A stretch of 57,329 bases of DNA from Burkholderiales bacterium (GCA_022843705.1 JALHND010000004.1:1-57329); one strand, 5' to 3'. Counted from the first letter of the stretch, positions 18,419-31,221 are shown. Notes: generated from the sequence alone by a model not told the origin. A program made the numbers and translations.

Positions 18419-19981
18419 ATGGCCATCATCAAACAGGCATTGATCAGCGTTTCCGACAAGGCCGGCGTCGTCGAATTCGCGCGCGGGCTGGCGGGTTTCG
18501 GCGTGGCGCTGCTGTCGACCGGCGGCACCGCGAAGCTGCTGCGCGATGCCGGCCTCAAGGTCACGGAAGTTGCGGATTACACGGGGTTTCCCGAGATGCT
18601 GGATGGCAGGGTCAAGACGCTGCACCCGAAAATCCACGGCGGCCTGCTCGGCCGGCGCGACCTGCCGCAACACGTCGCCGCGATGCAGCAGGCAGGCATC
18701 GCCGGCATCGACATGGCGGTGATCAATCTTTACCCCTTCACGCAAACCGTGGCGAGGGACGGTTGCACCCTCGCCGAGGCGATTGAAAACATCGACATCG
18801 GTGGACCGGCGATGGTGCGCAGCGCAGCGAAAAACCACCAGCACGTCGCCGTGGTCACGGACCCCGCAGACTACGCGGGCATCCTGAAGGAGATGTCCAG
18901 CGCCAGCGGTGCCCTCGGAGCGGAAACCCGTTTCCGCCTTGCCTGCAAGGCCTTCTCGCATACCGCCGCCTATGACGGCGCGATCAGCAATTACCTGACC
19001 GCTCTGCAGCCGGACGGCAAGTCCGCGGCCTTCCCGGGGCGGCTCAACCTGCAGCTTGAGCAGGTGCAGACGCTGCGTTACGGCGAGAATCCCCATCAGC
19101 AGGCCGCGTTCTACCGTGACGCCGTGCCGGCGCCGGGCAGTCTTGCCGGTTATCGCCAGCTGCAGGGCAAGGAGCTGTCGTACAACAACATTGCCGATGC
19201 CGATGCCGCCTGGGAATGCGTCAAGACCTTCGACGCGGCGGCCTGCGTGATCGTCAAACATGCCAATCCCTGCGGCGTGGCCGTCGGTGCCGATGTGGCG
19301 GCAGCCTATGACAAGGCCTTCGCCACCGATCCGACTTCCGCCTTCGGCGGCATCATTGCCGTCAACCGCGCGCTGGATGCGGCGACCGCGCAGGCGATTT
19401 CGAAGCAGTTCGTCGAAGTGATCATTGCGCCGGAAGTTGCGCCGGATGCGCTGGCGGTGTTTGCGCAGAAGGCCAACATCCGCGTGCTGGAGGTGCCGCT
19501 GACCGCGGGCGCCAACCGCTACGATCTCAAGCGTGTCGGCGGCGGCCTGCTGGTGCAGACGCCGGACGGCATGAATGTGGCTGCGGCACAGCTGAAAACG
19601 GTCACCCGGAAAAAACCGTCGGACGCGCAGCTTGCGGACCTGCTGCTCGCCTGGCGCGTCGCCAAGTTCGTCAAATCGAACGCCATCGTGTTCTGCGGCA
19701 ACGGTGCAACACTGGGCGTCGGTGCCGGCCAGATGAGCCGTGTCGATTCGGCGCGCATCGCCTCGATCAAGGCCGGAAACGCGGGATTGAAACTGGCCGG
19801 CTCGGTGGTGGCTTCGGACGCCTTTTTCCCGTTTCGCGACGGTGTCGACGTGGTTGCGGCAGCAGGCGCCACCGCGATCATCCAGCCTGGCGGCAGCCTG
19901 CGTGACGAAGAGGTCATCGCCGCCGCCGATGAACACGGCATCGCGATGGTGTTCACCGGCTTCCGGCATTTCCGGCACTGA
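18419..19981 (+). CDS. purH: Bifunctional AICAR transformylase / IMP cyclohydrolase
   Basis: ALISVSDK ... TGGTAK ... [13 protein letters not shown] ... VVNLYPF ... NIDIGGP ... [11 protein letters not shown] are PurH signatures. Confidence 0.95.
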   Translation: MAIIKQALISVSDKAGVVEFARGLAGFGVALLSTGGTAKLLRDAGLKVTEVADYTGFPEMLDGRVKTLHPKIHGGLLGRRDLPQHVAAMQQAGIAGIDMAVINLYPFTQTVARDGCTLAEAIENIDIGGPAMVRSAAKNHQHVAVVTDPADYAGILKEMSSASGALGAETRFRLACKAFSHTAAYDGAISNYLTALQPDGKSAAFPGRLNLQLEQVQTLRYGENPHQQAAFYRDAVPAPGSLAGYRQLQGKELSYNNIADADAAWECVKTFDAAACVIVKHANPCGVAVGADVAAAYDKAFATDPTSAFGGIIAVNRALDAATAQAISKQFVEVIIAPEVAPDALAVFAQKANIRVLEVPLTAGANRYDLKRVGGGLLVQTPDGMNVAAAQLKTVTRKKPSDAQLADLLLAWRVAKFVKSNAIVFCGNGATLGVGAGQMSRVDSARIASIKAGNAGLKLAGSVVASDAFFPFRDGVDVVAAAGATAIIQPGGSLRDEEVIAAADEHGIAMVFTGFRHFRH

Positions 19982-21258
19982 TGAAAATCCTCGTCATCGG
20001 CGGCGGCGGCCGCGAACATGCGCTGGCCTGGAAGCTGGCGCAGTCGCCGCGGGTGCAGACGGTTTACGTCGCCCCGGGCAATGCCGGCACTGCGGGTGAA
20101 GACGGGCTGCATAATGTTGTGCTGGGCGATAATCAGCAAGTTATTGATTTCATTGATAAAAATGATATCGCGCTGACGGTGGTCGGCCCCGAGGCGCCGC
20201 TGGCGGCGGGTGTCGTCGATGCCGTGCGCGGAGCCGGGCATCGCATCTTCGGGCCGACGCAGAAGGCCGCGCAGCTCGAAAGCTCCAAGGATTTTGCCAA
20301 GCAGTTCATGGTACGCCACCGGATTCCGACGGCGAAACATTCGACGTTCACCGATGCCGCCGCGGCGCATGCCTACATTGACCGCGAAGGCGCGCCGATC
20401 GTGATCAAGGCCGACGGGCTTGCTGCGGGCAAGGGTGTGGTGGTGGCGATGGATGCCGCAGAAGCCCACGCCGCCGTTGACATGATGCTGGTCGGCAACA
20501 AGATGGGCAGCGCCGGCGCACGCGTCGTGATCGAGGAATTCCTCGACGGCGAGGAAGCCAGTTTCATTGTCCTCGCCGACGGCCGCAATGCGCTGGCGCT
20601 GGCCAGCAGCCAGGACCACAAGCGCCTGAAGGACGGCGATCAGGGTCCCAACACCGGCGGCATGGGCGCGTACTCGCCGGCGCCGGTGGTGACGCCGGAA
20701 GTACATGCACGGGTGATGCGCGAAGTGATACAGCCGGTGATCAACGGCATGGCTGCCGACGGCATTCCCTATACCGGTTTCCTCTATGCGGGACTGATGA
20801 TCTCCCCTGCGGGGACGCTGAAGGTTCTCGAGTTCAACTGTCGCATGGGCGACCCCGAAACCCAGCCGATCATGATGCGTCTGAAAAGCGACCTCGTCGG
20901 ACTGCTTGATGCCGCGATCGACGGCAAACTCGACAGCGCCGAGGCGGAATGGGATCCGCGGGTGGCGCTGGGTGTCGTGCTGGCGGCTGCGAATTATCCG
21001 GAGGACCCGCGCAAGGGCGACGTCATCCGCGGCCTGCCGCAGCCCGGCGAGGACTTTCACGTGTTCCATGCCGGCACCGCGCTGTCGGGCAGGGACGTGG
21101 TGACCAGCGGCGGCCGCGTGCTCTGCGTCACCGCGCTCGGCCACAACACGCGCACCGCGCAGAAACGCGCCTACGAGATCGTCGACCTGATCCGCTTTGA
21201 CGGCCTGCAGTGCCGCCGCGACATCGGCTATCGTGCGGTCGCCGCCGGACGCAAGTAG
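19981..21258 (+). CDS. purD: Phosphoribosylamine-glycine ligase
   Basis: [18 protein letters not shown] ... VAPGNAG ... VVGPEAPL ... [13 protein letters not shown] ... EEFLDGEE ... [12 protein letters not shown]. Colinear with E. coli PurD. Confidence 0.95.
   Translation: MKILVIGGGGREHALAWKLAQSPRVQTVYVAPGNAGTAGEDGLHNVVLGDNQQVIDFIDKNDIALTVVGPEAPLAAGVVDAVRGAGHRIFGPTQKAAQLESSKDFAKQFMVRHRIPTAKHSTFTDAAAAHAYIDREGAPIVIKADGLAAGKGVVVAMDAAEAHAAVDMMLVGNKMGSAGARVVIEEFLDGEEASFIVLADGRNALALASSQDHKRLKDGDQGPNTGGMGAYSPAPVVTPEVHARVMREVIQPVINGMAADGIPYTGFLYAGLMISPAGTLKVLEFNCRMGDPETQPIMMRLKSDLVGLLDAAIDGKLDSAEAEWDPRVALGVVLAAANYPEDPRKGDVIRGLPQPGEDFHVFHAGTALSGRDVVTSGGRVLCVTALGHNTRTAQKRAYEIVDLIRFDGLQCRRDIGYRAVAAGRK
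20128..20168 (-). repeat. AT-rich module copy inside the purD coding sequence
   Basis: The reverse complement reads ATATCATTTTTATCAATGAAATCAATAACTTGCTGATTATC. It covers purD codons 50-62 ([13 protein letters not shown]), which use A/T-ending codons. Confidence 0.55.
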
Positions 21259-21289
21259 CGGCGGCCGCGGCAGATCACCGGATATCCCG

Positions 21290-22186
21290 ATGGACATTGC
21301 CGCAGTCAAGGTTTACCTGACCGGCCTGCAGTCGGCGATCGTCGATCGCCTTGCCGCGCTCGACGGCGGCAGCTTCATCCGCGACGAATGGCAGCGGCCA
21401 CAGGGCGGCGGCGGCATCACCCGGCTGATCGAGAACGGTGAGCTGTTCGAGCGCGGCGGCGTCGGCTTTTCGCATGTGTTTGGCGACAACCTGCCGCCCT
21501 CGGCCTCCGCCGCCCGGCCGGAACTCGCCGGCCGCTCCTTCCAGGCGATGGGCGTGTCGCTGGTGCTGCATCCGCGCAATCCGTACGTGCCCACGGTGCA
21601 CATGAACGTGCGCTGCTTCGTCGCGGAAAAGGCCGGCGCGGATCCGGTATGGTGGTTCGGCGGCGGCATGGATCTGACCCCGTACTACGGCTTCGAGGAC
21701 GACGCCGTGCATTTTCACCGCAGCTGCCGCGACGCTTTGACGCCCTTCGGCGCGGAATATCATCCGAAATTCAAGGCCTGGTGCGACCGCTATTTTTTCC
21801 TGAAGCACCGCAATGAGCCGCGCGGCATCGGCGGCATATTCTTCGATGACCTCGGAAGCCCGGATTTCAGCAGCTGCTTCGCGTTGATGCGCAGTGTCGG
21901 CGACCATTTTCTGCCGGCCTACGTCCCCATCGTCGAGCGCCGCCGGGGTCTGCCCTGGGGTGAGCGTGAACGCGATTTCCAGGCCTACCGCCGCGGCCGT
22001 TATGTCGAATTCAACCTGGTTTACGATCGCGGCACCCTGTTCGGCCTGCAGTCCGGCGGACGCACCGAGTCGATCCTGATGTCCCTGCCGCCGGTGGTGC
22101 GCTGGCGTTACGACTGGACGCCGCAACCCGGCACCCCGGAGGCCAGGCTTTACAGCGATTTCCTGGTGGAGAAGGACTGGGTCTGA
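21290..22186 (+). CDS. hemF: Oxygen-dependent coproporphyrinogen-III oxidase
   Basis: [24 protein letters not shown] ... [15 protein letters not shown] ... [12 protein letters not shown] ... [12 protein letters not shown] ... [21 protein letters not shown]. The start is set at the ATG at 21290 (MDIAAVK). Confidence 0.93.
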   Translation: MDIAAVKVYLTGLQSAIVDRLAALDGGSFIRDEWQRPQGGGGITRLIENGELFERGGVGFSHVFGDNLPPSASAARPELAGRSFQAMGVSLVLHPRNPYVPTVHMNVRCFVAEKAGADPVWWFGGGMDLTPYYGFEDDAVHFHRSCRDALTPFGAEYHPKFKAWCDRYFFLKHRNEPRGIGGIFFDDLGSPDFSSCFALMRSVGDHFLPAYVPIVERRRGLPWGERERDFQAYRRGRYVEFNLVYDRGTLFGLQSGGRTESILMSLPPVVRWRYDWTPQPGTPEARLYSDFLVEKDWV

Positions 22187-22207
22187 AGCGGAGAGCTGCC
22201 GTGTGTT

Positions 22208-24115
22208 TCAGCGGCCGCCGAACCAGGATTTCACCGAACGGATGCGATCCCGCAGCTGGGACAGCATCGACGACTCGGTTTCGGACGCCGCTGCCGCTGC
22301 AACGCGATGCTGTTTCAGCAGCTTCGGCGTTTTCCGGAACGACTGGTAACGGGCCAGGGCGGCATGCACATGCTGCTGCAGCAGTTTCAGGTTCAGCGGT
22401 TTGCTGAGGAAGCGGAACACCTGGGCCTGGTTGATCAGGTCGATCACCAGCTCCGAATCCGAGGCTTCCGTGGTCAGGATCGCAAGAATCTCGGGGTGGT
22501 CCTGTTTCAGCAGCTTGAAGGCGGCCAGTGATTTGCGGTCGCCGCTGCGGATGTCGGCGACGATGACGGCTATTTCCCGCTCGGCGAGGACGCCCAGCGC
22601 GCGATCCATGTCCAGCGCCTCGATGACCGGGCACACGCCGCCCATCAGTTCGCTGACGGCGCGGAAAACGCTCTGGTCGGGGTTGAGCACCAGGATGCCG
22701 AAGTCCACCTTGTCCGGCACGATGACCGGCGAGGTCGCCATGTCCGCCAGCTCCAGCGCGATGGCCGCGGCTTCGCCGATCGTTTTCTGGATTTCGGTGT
22801 TGTTCCACGGTTTGCTGATGAAGCGGAAGACCTCGCCGTCGTTGATCGAGCCGACGATGGACGCCAGGTCGGAGTAGCCGGTAAGCAGTATGCGCACGGT
22901 GTGCGGCGCCAGATCGCGGACCTCGCGCAGGAACTCGACACCGGTCATTTCCGGCATGCGCTGGTCGCTGATGACGACGTGCGGATGGAAGCGCTTCAGG
23001 AATTCCATGGCTTCCGGGCCGCTGCTGGCGGTAAACACGTTGTACTGGTTGCGGAATACCGAACGCAGCGCATTGAGGATGCGTTCCTCGTCATCCACGA
23101 ACAGCAGTTTCGCCTTCTTGCCGCCGGTATCGAAGGTGGGGGCCACCGCCGGCGCGACAGCGGGTTCGGCGGCCCTGGCCGCCTGCATGCCGGAGATCAC
23201 CCGCGCGGCGGACACCAGTTTCGGATCCAGGCGTTGCGTCGGCACTTCCCGGTTTTTTTCATCCTCGGCCGCCTTTGCCGTGCGCAGGCTGGCGGCAATT
23301 CCCTGCACGAAAGCCAGCGCGAATTCACGCGCGGTCTGGAAGCGGTCCTCGCGTTTTTTCGCCAGCGCCTTGTGCGTGGCCCAGTCGAGCTGCACCGATA
23401 TGCGCGGGTTGAACTCGGAGGGATTGGCGGGGCGCTCGCCGATGACCTGGCGCATGATTTCCACATTGCTGCCGGTGAAGGGCTTGCGGCCGGCGAGCAG
23501 TTCGTAGGCAATGACGCCGGCGGAATAGATGTCGGTGCGGGCATCCGGTTCGTCCCCGGTGAACTGCTCCGGCGACATGTAACCGGGTGAACCCATGATT
23601 TCTCCAACCTGGGTCAGCGAGGAGGAATCGAGGTGGGCGATGCCGAAATCGCTGATCTTGATGCGGCCGTCATCGTTGATCAGGATGTTCGACGGCTTGA
23701 TGTCGCGGTGGACGACGCCCTGCGCATGGGCATAACCGAGTCCGTCGAGCAGCTGGCGCACGATCTCGCCGATTTCCGCAAGATCGAATTTCGCCTTGTT
23801 CTGCAGGTGTTCGTACAGCGACTTGCCGTTGACCAGTTCCATCACGATGAAGGCAAGGTCGTCGTCCTCGCCGTAGTCGTAGATCGCCGCAATCCGCGGG
23901 TGGGTCAGGCGGCCGACCGCCTGCGCCTCGTGGCGAAAGCGCGCGACGGCATACTGCAGCTCGGAGGGATCGAGCGCCGACTTGGTGATGGTCTTGATCG
24001 CCACCTGGCGGTGGATCGCGGGATCAAAGGCCTTGTAGACGGTGCCCATGCCGCCACGGCCGAGGATGCCCTGCACCTCGTACTTGCCGATCTTCTGCGG
24101 GTAGCCGGCGCTCAT
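22208..24115 (-). CDS. Hanks-type Ser/Thr protein kinase fused to two C-terminal receiver (REC) domains
   Basis: The kinase subdomains are GRGGMGTVYKA, VAIK, HRDIKPSNIL, DFG and SPGYMSPE. REC1 has LLFVDDE ... VISDQRMPEMTG ... ISKPW. REC2 is degenerate (VLNPDQ ... VADIRSGD ... LSKPL). The start overlaps the stop of the upstream histidine kinase (ATGA at 24112-24115). Confidence 0.85.
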   Translation of the reverse strand: MSAGYPQKIGKYEVQGILGRGGMGTVYKAFDPAIHRQVAIKTITKSALDPSELQYAVARFRHEAQAVGRLTHPRIAAIYDYGEDDDLAFIVMELVNGKSLYEHLQNKAKFDLAEIGEIVRQLLDGLGYAHAQGVVHRDIKPSNILINDDGRIKISDFGIAHLDSSSLTQVGEIMGSPGYMSPEQFTGDEPDARTDIYSAGVIAYELLAGRKPFTGSNVEIMRQVIGERPANPSEFNPRISVQLDWATHKALAKKREDRFQTAREFALAFVQGIAASLRTAKAAEDEKNREVPTQRLDPKLVSAARVISGMQAARAAEPAVAPAVAPTFDTGGKKAKLLFVDDEERILNALRSVFRNQYNVFTASSGPEAMEFLKRFHPHVVISDQRMPEMTGVEFLREVRDLAPHTVRILLTGYSDLASIVGSINDGEVFRFISKPWNNTEIQKTIGEAAAIALELADMATSPVIVPDKVDFGILVLNPDQSVFRAVSELMGGVCPVIEALDMDRALGVLAEREIAVIVADIRSGDRKSLAAFKLLKQDHPEILAILTTEASDSELVIDLINQAQVFRFLSKPLNLKLLQQHVHAALARYQSFRKTPKLLKQHRVAAAAASETESSMLSQLRDRIRSVKSWFGGR

Positions 24116-25954
24116 GCGGCGTCATCCAGTGCTGCGGGCGGAACCAGCGGCAGCACGATGGTGAAGCGGGTGCCCTGGCCCACGGTGGAGTCGACGCTGA
24201 TCCTGCCGCCGTGCTGCTCCACGATCTTGTAGGAAATCGAGAGGCCGAGGCCGGTGCCCTTGCCGACGGCCTTGGTGGTGAAGAAGGGATCGAAAATCTT
24301 CGACATGATCTCCGGCGGGATGCCCTTGCCGTTGTCGGCGATTTCCACCGCGACATGGTCGGTGCCCTCGGCGCGCGTGCTCACCGTGATCTCTCCGGCT
24401 CCCGACTCGATCGCCTGTGCCGCGTTGTTGATCAGGTTGAGGAACACCTGGTTCAGCTGCGAGGGGGAGCAGGTGATGGCCGGGATGTCGCCGAGATGTT
24501 TGGTGACCTTGAGGTGCTTGAGTTCGTGTTTGGCCAGCACCAGTGCGCTTTCAATGCCTTCATTGAGGTTGAAGCTCGATACCTTGCTGCGGTCCAGCCG
24601 GCTGAAATTTTTCAGGTTCAGCACGATTTCCGAGATCTGTTCGATGCCGTAGAGACCGTCGTTGGCCAGCTGGCCGAGCTCGGCGAGTGCCTGCTGCTCG
24701 GCAAAATGGTTGACCAGGCCGCGTACTGCGGCGTATTTGGCCTGCAGCCGCTCCGGGTTCGGGCTCGGATCTTCCATCAGGCGCAGCAGCTTGTTGGTTT
24801 CGACCACCAGTTGCTTGACCTCGGGCAGCTTGCCCGCAACCGAGCCGAGGCTGTTCTTGACATAGGCCAGGGGTGTGTTGATTTCGTGGGCGATGCCGGC
24901 AACCATCTGTCCCAGCGACGACATTTTTTCCGTCTGGATCAGTTGCGCCTCGGATTCCTTGAGCTGCTGCAGCGCGTCTGACAATGCGCGGGTGCGTTCC
25001 TCCACCCGGGATTCAAGGACGCGGTTGGCTTCGTTGAGCAGCCGGTAGCTGACCGCCAGCTTGGACAGCAGCCAGCCGATCAGGATCAGCAGCGCACCGG
25101 CGTAGGCGATCAGGTAGATGCGGTAACGTTCACTGTCGGATTCGGTGTCTGCGGCCTCCCGGGTGAAGGCATCGGTCAGGCTGTTGATGCGCGGTCCCGC
25201 GGAAGATACGGAAATCTTCAGGAACAGCTCATCCTCCACCGGCTTGGCGCCGAGGACCTGCTGCACCGTGCTGTCCAGGCGGGCCAGTCCGTCGCGCAGC
25301 GCCGCGGGCAGTCCTTCGGATGACTTGCGCAGGTCGGCGGCAAAGGTTTCGACGGTTTTGCGCTGCGCCTCGGAAGGGTCGGCCGTGTAACGCATCAGGT
25401 GCGCGAACAGCAGCGCCGAGGTGCTTTCCACCGCAACCAGGCGGTCACGCTGGGGAAAACCCGCCCAGGCGCCGCGTACGAGGCCTGCGATCTCGGTATC
25501 GAACTCCACCAGGCGGCCCAGCGCCTGGGTCACCATCAGCTGGGCCGCCCGGTAACGCCGGAGCAGTTCCGCCTTCTGGTTGAAGGCCTGCAGCAGCGCC
25601 GGCAGTTCCCGGGCCAGCGCCTGGCTCGGAGATTCGGCGGCGACCTGCTGCAGCCGCTTCAGGAGCTCCGGCGCCCGCACCCCGCGGTCGTCCGCAACCT
25701 TGGCTTTGCCGGAATGGCCCTCGGTCCGGGCACGCAGCACCTCGAAGTCCCAGCGGCCGTCGATTTCCCTCAGTTCCCGGAGGTAACCGAGAATCTCGCC
25801 CTGACGCCGGTAATCGACACCCTGGCTCTTGATGTACAGAAAGCCGAGCAGCGCTACCAGGCCGACGGCCGCCAGCGCCATCAGCGGCAGGCGGGCCCTG
25901 CGCGGCGGCACCAGGCGCTGCCAGGGGGCAGCCGGCGCCGGCGGTTTCCGCAAC

Positions 25955-25965
<11 letters not shown>
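24112..25965 (-). CDS. Membrane sensor histidine kinase with a large all-helical extracytoplasmic domain (DAHL-like)
   Basis: Two TM segments ([17 protein letters not shown] and [18 protein letters not shown]) flank a domain of about 240 aa rich in helical heptads. A coiled coil follows, then the H-box [11 protein letters not shown], the N-box [10 protein letters not shown], and the G-boxes DNGKGIP and [10 protein letters not shown]. Starts are uncertain: TTG at 25965 (overlaps the livF end) or ATG at 25881. Confidence 0.85.
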
Positions 25966-26659
<694 letters not shown>

Positions 26660-26663
26660 GATC

Positions 26664-27429
<766 letters not shown>

Positions 27430-27443
<14 letters not shown>

Positions 27444-28512
27444 GCGTTTTCCCCTCCGCGGTGGCGGGCAGGACCGGATTGCGGCGGCGTGCCGGCAATA
27501 TCCCCGACGGCCGGAACAGCATCATCAGCACCAGCGCAAGGCCGAACAGCAGCATGCGCAGGTCCGAAGGATCGACGAAGACCTCGCCGAACCAGCGCTG
27601 CTGCAGCGGGCCGACGTAACGCAGCGCTTCCGGCAATGCGGTCAGCAGCACCGCGCCCAGCACGACGCCCCAGACATTGCCCATGCCGCCAAGCACCACC
27701 ATGCACAGCACCATGATGGAATCGATCAGGTGAAAGCTTTCCGGACTGATGAAACCCTGGAAGGACGCGAACAGGCCGCCGGCAACGCCGCCGAAAGTTG
27801 CGCCCATGGCGAAGGCCAGCAGCTTCATGTTGCGGGTGTTGATGCCCATCGCCGAGGCCGCGAGTTCGTCGTCGCGGATCGCCACCCAGGCGCGGCCGAT
27901 GCGCGAATTTTCCAGCCGCAGCGACACGGCGATCGACAGCAGGGCGCAGGCGAGGAAAACAAAGTAATAGTTGTGCACCGGCGTGAACGTGAGCCCGGCA
28001 ATGTTGTGGGTCTGCGCCAGTGAAAATCCGCCGAACTGCAGGGGGTCGATCAGCGTGATGCCCTGCGGCCCGTTGGTGATGTTGACCGGACGGTTCAGGT
28101 TGTTGAGGAAAACGCGGATGATTTCGCCGAAGCCGAGCGTGACGATGGCCAGGTAGTCGCCGCGCAGCCGCAGTGTCGGCGCGCCGAGCAGGATGCCGAA
28201 CACGGCGGCGACGGCCGCGCCCAGCGGCAGCAGCACATAGAAAGGCCAGTGCAACGCGAACTGCGGCGAGGCCAGCAGCGCATAACTGTAGGCACCGACC
28301 GCGAAGAAGGCGATGTAGCCGAGATCGAGCAGGCCGGCGAAACCGACCACGATGTTGAGCCCCAGCGCGAGCATGATGAACAGCAGCGCGACATCGGCGA
28401 TGCGCACCCAGGCACGGCCAAGCACCGCCTCGATCAGGAAGGGCGCGGCGAGCAGCAGCAGCGCGATGACGAGCCAGTTTGTCCAGCGCAGCGCGGGGTG
28501 AGCGGCGGTCAT
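27430..28512 (-). CDS. livM: Branched-chain amino-acid ABC transporter permease
   Basis: Polytopic membrane protein with LivM-type motifs ([30 protein letters not shown]). The start is set at ATG 28512, which overlaps the livH stop (ATGA). The longer ORF upstream is an Arg-rich artefact. Confidence 0.85.
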
Positions 28513-29432
28513 GCGCGGTCCCCGCCGGAGCGGCCCATCAGGCCCGAGGGTTTCAGCACCAGCACCAGCACCAGCACCAGGAAGGCGAAGATGTCGCGGT
28601 AGTTGCTGCCGAGCACACCGCCGGTGAGGTCGCCGATGTAGCCGGAGGCCAGGCTCTCGATGACGCCGAGCAGCAGCCCGCCGAGCACCGCGCCGGCGAC
28701 GTTGCCGATGCCGCCGAGCACCGCGGCGGTGAAGGCCTTGAGCCCGAGCATGAAACCCATGAAATAATGGCCGATGCCGTAATAGAGGACGACCATCAGT
28801 CCGGCGATGGCGCCGATGGCCGAGCCGAGCAGGAAAGTGAAGGCGATCACCGTGTTGGTGTTGACGCCCATCAGTCCTGCGACATCGGGATTCTGCTCGG
28901 TTGCGCGCATCGCGCGCCCCATGCGGCTGGCCTTGATGAACCACAGCAGTCCGCCCATGATCGTGCAGGCGAGCAGGAAGATCGCCGCCTGCAGCGCAGT
29001 GAGCTGCGCCCCGAACAGCGTGAAGCGCACAGGCTCGAAGATCTGGGGCAGCGAAATGTACTGCTTGCCCCAGATCAGCGCGGCCGAATACTGCAGCAGG
29101 ATCGACACACCGATGGCGGTGATCAGCGGCGCCAGCCGCGGTGCGCGGCGCAGCGGGCGGTAGGCCGCGCGCTCGATCGACAGCCCGAGCACCGCGCAGA
29201 CCAGCATCGCCCCGCAGGCGGCCAGCCCCAGCACCACCGGCGCCGGCAGGCCCGCGGCCGCCAGCAGCTGCAGCAGCGTCAGCGACACCAGCGCGCCGAT
29301 CATCGTGATGTCGCCGTGGGCGAAGTTGATCAGGCCGAGGATGCCGTAGACCATCGTGTAGCCGAGCGCGACCAGCGCGTAGATGCTGCCCAGCACCAGG
29401 CCATTGACGATTTGTTGGGCGAAAATTTCCAT
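28509..29432 (-). CDS. livH: Branched-chain amino-acid ABC transporter permease
   Basis: MEIFAQQIVNGLVLGSIYALVALGYTMVYG ... INFAHGD is the canonical LivH N-terminus. Confidence 0.88.
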   Translation of the reverse strand: MEIFAQQIVNGLVLGSIYALVALGYTMVYGILGLINFAHGDITMIGALVSLTLLQLLAAAGLPAPVVLGLAACGAMLVCAVLGLSIERAAYRPLRRAPRLAPLITAIGVSILLQYSAALIWGKQYISLPQIFEPVRFTLFGAQLTALQAAIFLLACTIMGGLLWFIKASRMGRAMRATEQNPDVAGLMGVNTNTVIAFTFLLGSAIGAIAGLMVVLYYGIGHYFMGFMLGLKAFTAAVLGGIGNVAGAVLGGLLLGVIESLASGYIGDLTGGVLGSNYRDIFAFLVLVLVLVLKPSGLMGRSGGDRA

Positions 29433-29486
29433 CGGCAGAGACGGCAACGGCACCCTGGAGGGTGCCGTTGTGCCGTTATTCGCGGG

Positions 29487-30716
29487 TTATTTCTTCTCGG
29501 TTGCCGCTTCTTTTGCCGGCGCGCCTGCAGCGTCGGGCTTGACCACCTCCAGCGGTTCCCACTTGCCGCCCTTGACCACGTAAATGGTGATCGGGCCGTT
29601 CTTGAGGTCGCCTTTTTCGTCGAAGGCGATCGGGCCGATGACGCCCTGGTAATCGGTCTTGCCGACTTCGGGCAGGAATTTCGCCGGGTCGGCCGAGCCG
29701 GCGCGCTTCATGGCTTCGACGAACACGAACACCGCGTCGTAGCCCATCGGCGCGAACAGCTCGACTTCCTGGTTGAACTTTGCCTTGTACTTGTCGAGGA
29801 AGGTCTTGCCGCCGGGCATCTGGTCCTTGGGCAATCCCGGGATCGACGCCATTGCGCCTTCCGCGGCATCACCCGCGAGTTTGATGAAGTTGGGCGTCTG
29901 CATGCCGTCACCGCCGATGAAGCCGGCCTTGATGCCGAGGTCCTTCATCTGCTTGATCATCGGTCCCGCCTGCGGGTCGATGCCGCCGAACATGATCAGG
30001 TCCGGCTTGCGGCCCTTGATCTTGGTCAGGATCGCCTTGAAGTCGGTGTCCTTGTCGGTGGTGTGCTCGCGGGCAACGATCTTGCCGCCCAGCGATTTCA
30101 CCGTCGTCTCGAAGTTGTCGGCGAGGCCCTGGCCGTAGGCGGTGCTGTCGTCGATCACCGCGATGTTTTTCGCCTTGAGATTGTTGATGGCGAAGCGTGC
30201 CAGCGTCGGCCCCTGCTGGCCGTCGTGGGCGACAACCCGGAAAGTGGTCTTGAAACCCTTCAGTGTGTAGTCGGGGTTGGTCGACGAGGGGGATATCTGC
30301 GGCACACCGCCGTCGGCGTAGACCTTGGAGGCGGGGATCGACGCGCCGGAATTGAAATGCCCCACCACCGCGGCAACTTTTGCATCCACCAGTTTCTGCG
30401 CCACCGTGGTTGCCTTGGTCGGATTGGCTTCGTCATCCTCGGCAACCATTTCGAACTTCACTTTCCTGCCGCCGATTTCGACACCCTGTGCATTGAGATC
30501 CTCGATCGCCAGTTGCACGCCGTTGCGGATGTCGATGCCGATGTGCGCCTGCGGTCCGGTCAGCGGCGAAGCCGAGCCGATTTTCACGGTCATCACTTCC
30601 GGCGGTTTCGGCGCTTCGGCCTTGGGCGCGGGCGGCGGCGCTTCCTGGCCGCAAGCGGTGATCAGGGTGGCGGCCAAAAGGGCGGCTAGGGCATGGCGTG
30701 ACTTGTGCATCGGCAT
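29487..30716 (-). CDS. Branched-chain amino-acid ABC transporter substrate-binding lipoprotein (LivJ/K family)
   Basis: The lipobox is LITAC, followed by a Pro/Ala linker and the type-I periplasmic-binding fold motifs (KIGSASPLTG ... VVGHFNSG ... ISPSSTNP). A GGAG Shine-Dalgarno lies 5 nt before the ATG. Confidence 0.88.
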   Translation of the reverse strand: MPMHKSRHALAALLAATLITACGQEAPPPAPKAEAPKPPEVMTVKIGSASPLTGPQAHIGIDIRNGVQLAIEDLNAQGVEIGGRKVKFEMVAEDDEANPTKATTVAQKLVDAKVAAVVGHFNSGASIPASKVYADGGVPQISPSSTNPDYTLKGFKTTFRVVAHDGQQGPTLARFAINNLKAKNIAVIDDSTAYGQGLADNFETTVKSLGGKIVAREHTTDKDTDFKAILTKIKGRKPDLIMFGGIDPQAGPMIKQMKDLGIKAGFIGGDGMQTPNFIKLAGDAAEGAMASIPGLPKDQMPGGKTFLDKYKAKFNQEVELFAPMGYDAVFVFVEAMKRAGSADPAKFLPEVGKTDYQGVIGPIAFDEKGDLKNGPITIYVVKGGKWEPLEVVKPDAAGAPAKEAATEKK

Positions 30717-30778
30717 GGGAGCTCCAATTCGAGGGGTCGGTGGGGCAATCGGTCCGCGGCTCAGGGCAGATCGCGGTT

Positions 30779-30822
30779 TCAGTATTTAACCCATTGTTAC
30801 TGAAAGGGATTTATTGATTATC
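30779..30822. repeat. Weaker, possibly split AT-rich module
   Basis: CAGTATTTAACCCATTGTTACTGAAAGGGATTTATTGATTATCC contains the AGTATTT and TTTATTGAT halves of the module, separated by about 20 nt. Confidence 0.3.
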
Positions 30823-30868
30823 CGGAGCAGGCCCGGCAATGTCAATTTCAGCGCCGGTGACAGTCATG

Positions 30869-30895
30869 AAAAAAGCCGGCGAGTGGCCGGCTTTT
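30869..30895 (-). terminator. Intrinsic terminator downstream of the cytochrome c gene
   Basis: AAAAAGCCGGC-GAGT-GGCCGGCTTTT is a GC stem flanked by A/T tracts, 18 nt after the stop codon. Confidence 0.7.
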
Positions 30896-30912
30896 CAGGA
30901 AGCGGGGACGCG

Positions 30913-31221
30913 TCATTTCAGCGTCAGTATCCACTGCACCATGGACTTGATGTCTTCTTCCTTGACGTGCGCGTTGGGCGGCATCGGTGCCGGTCCCCAG
31001 ACGCCGGAACCGCCGGCCTTCACTTTCTGGATCAGCTTGGCTTCGGCGCCCTTGTCGTTGCGGTATTTGGCGGCGATTTCCTTGTAGCCGGGACCGATGG
31101 CCTTGCGATCCATCGCATGGCAGGTCATGCAGCCGCTGGACTGCGCGAGTTTTTCCGTGGCAGCGACGCTGCCTGCGGACAGGACACCCAGTACGATGGA
31201 TGCGGCATAAACCAGTTTCAT
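30913..31221 (-). CDS. Class I c-type cytochrome (c551/c552-like)
   Basis: A signal peptide is followed by the heme motif CMTCH, the distal Met region GPAPMPPN, and the C-terminal helix IKSMVQWIL. ATG 31221 has GGAG 5 nt upstream. Confidence 0.9.
   Translation of the reverse strand: MKLVYAASIVLGVLSAGSVAATEKLAQSSGCMTCHAMDRKAIGPGYKEIAAKYRNDKGAEAKLIQKVKAGGSGVWGPAPMPPNAHVKEEDIKSMVQWILTLK

Noticed and set aside
20110-20168. dif (XerCD) site or Fur box within the purD patch, and a Fur-like ATAATCAT at 47910-47930
   Set aside because: TGCATAATGTTGTG matches only part of one dif arm and lacks the second arm. The GATAAT/ATTGAT hexamers and ATAATCAT give at most half a 19-bp Fur box. The similarity to the shared AT-module core is stronger and more parsimonious.
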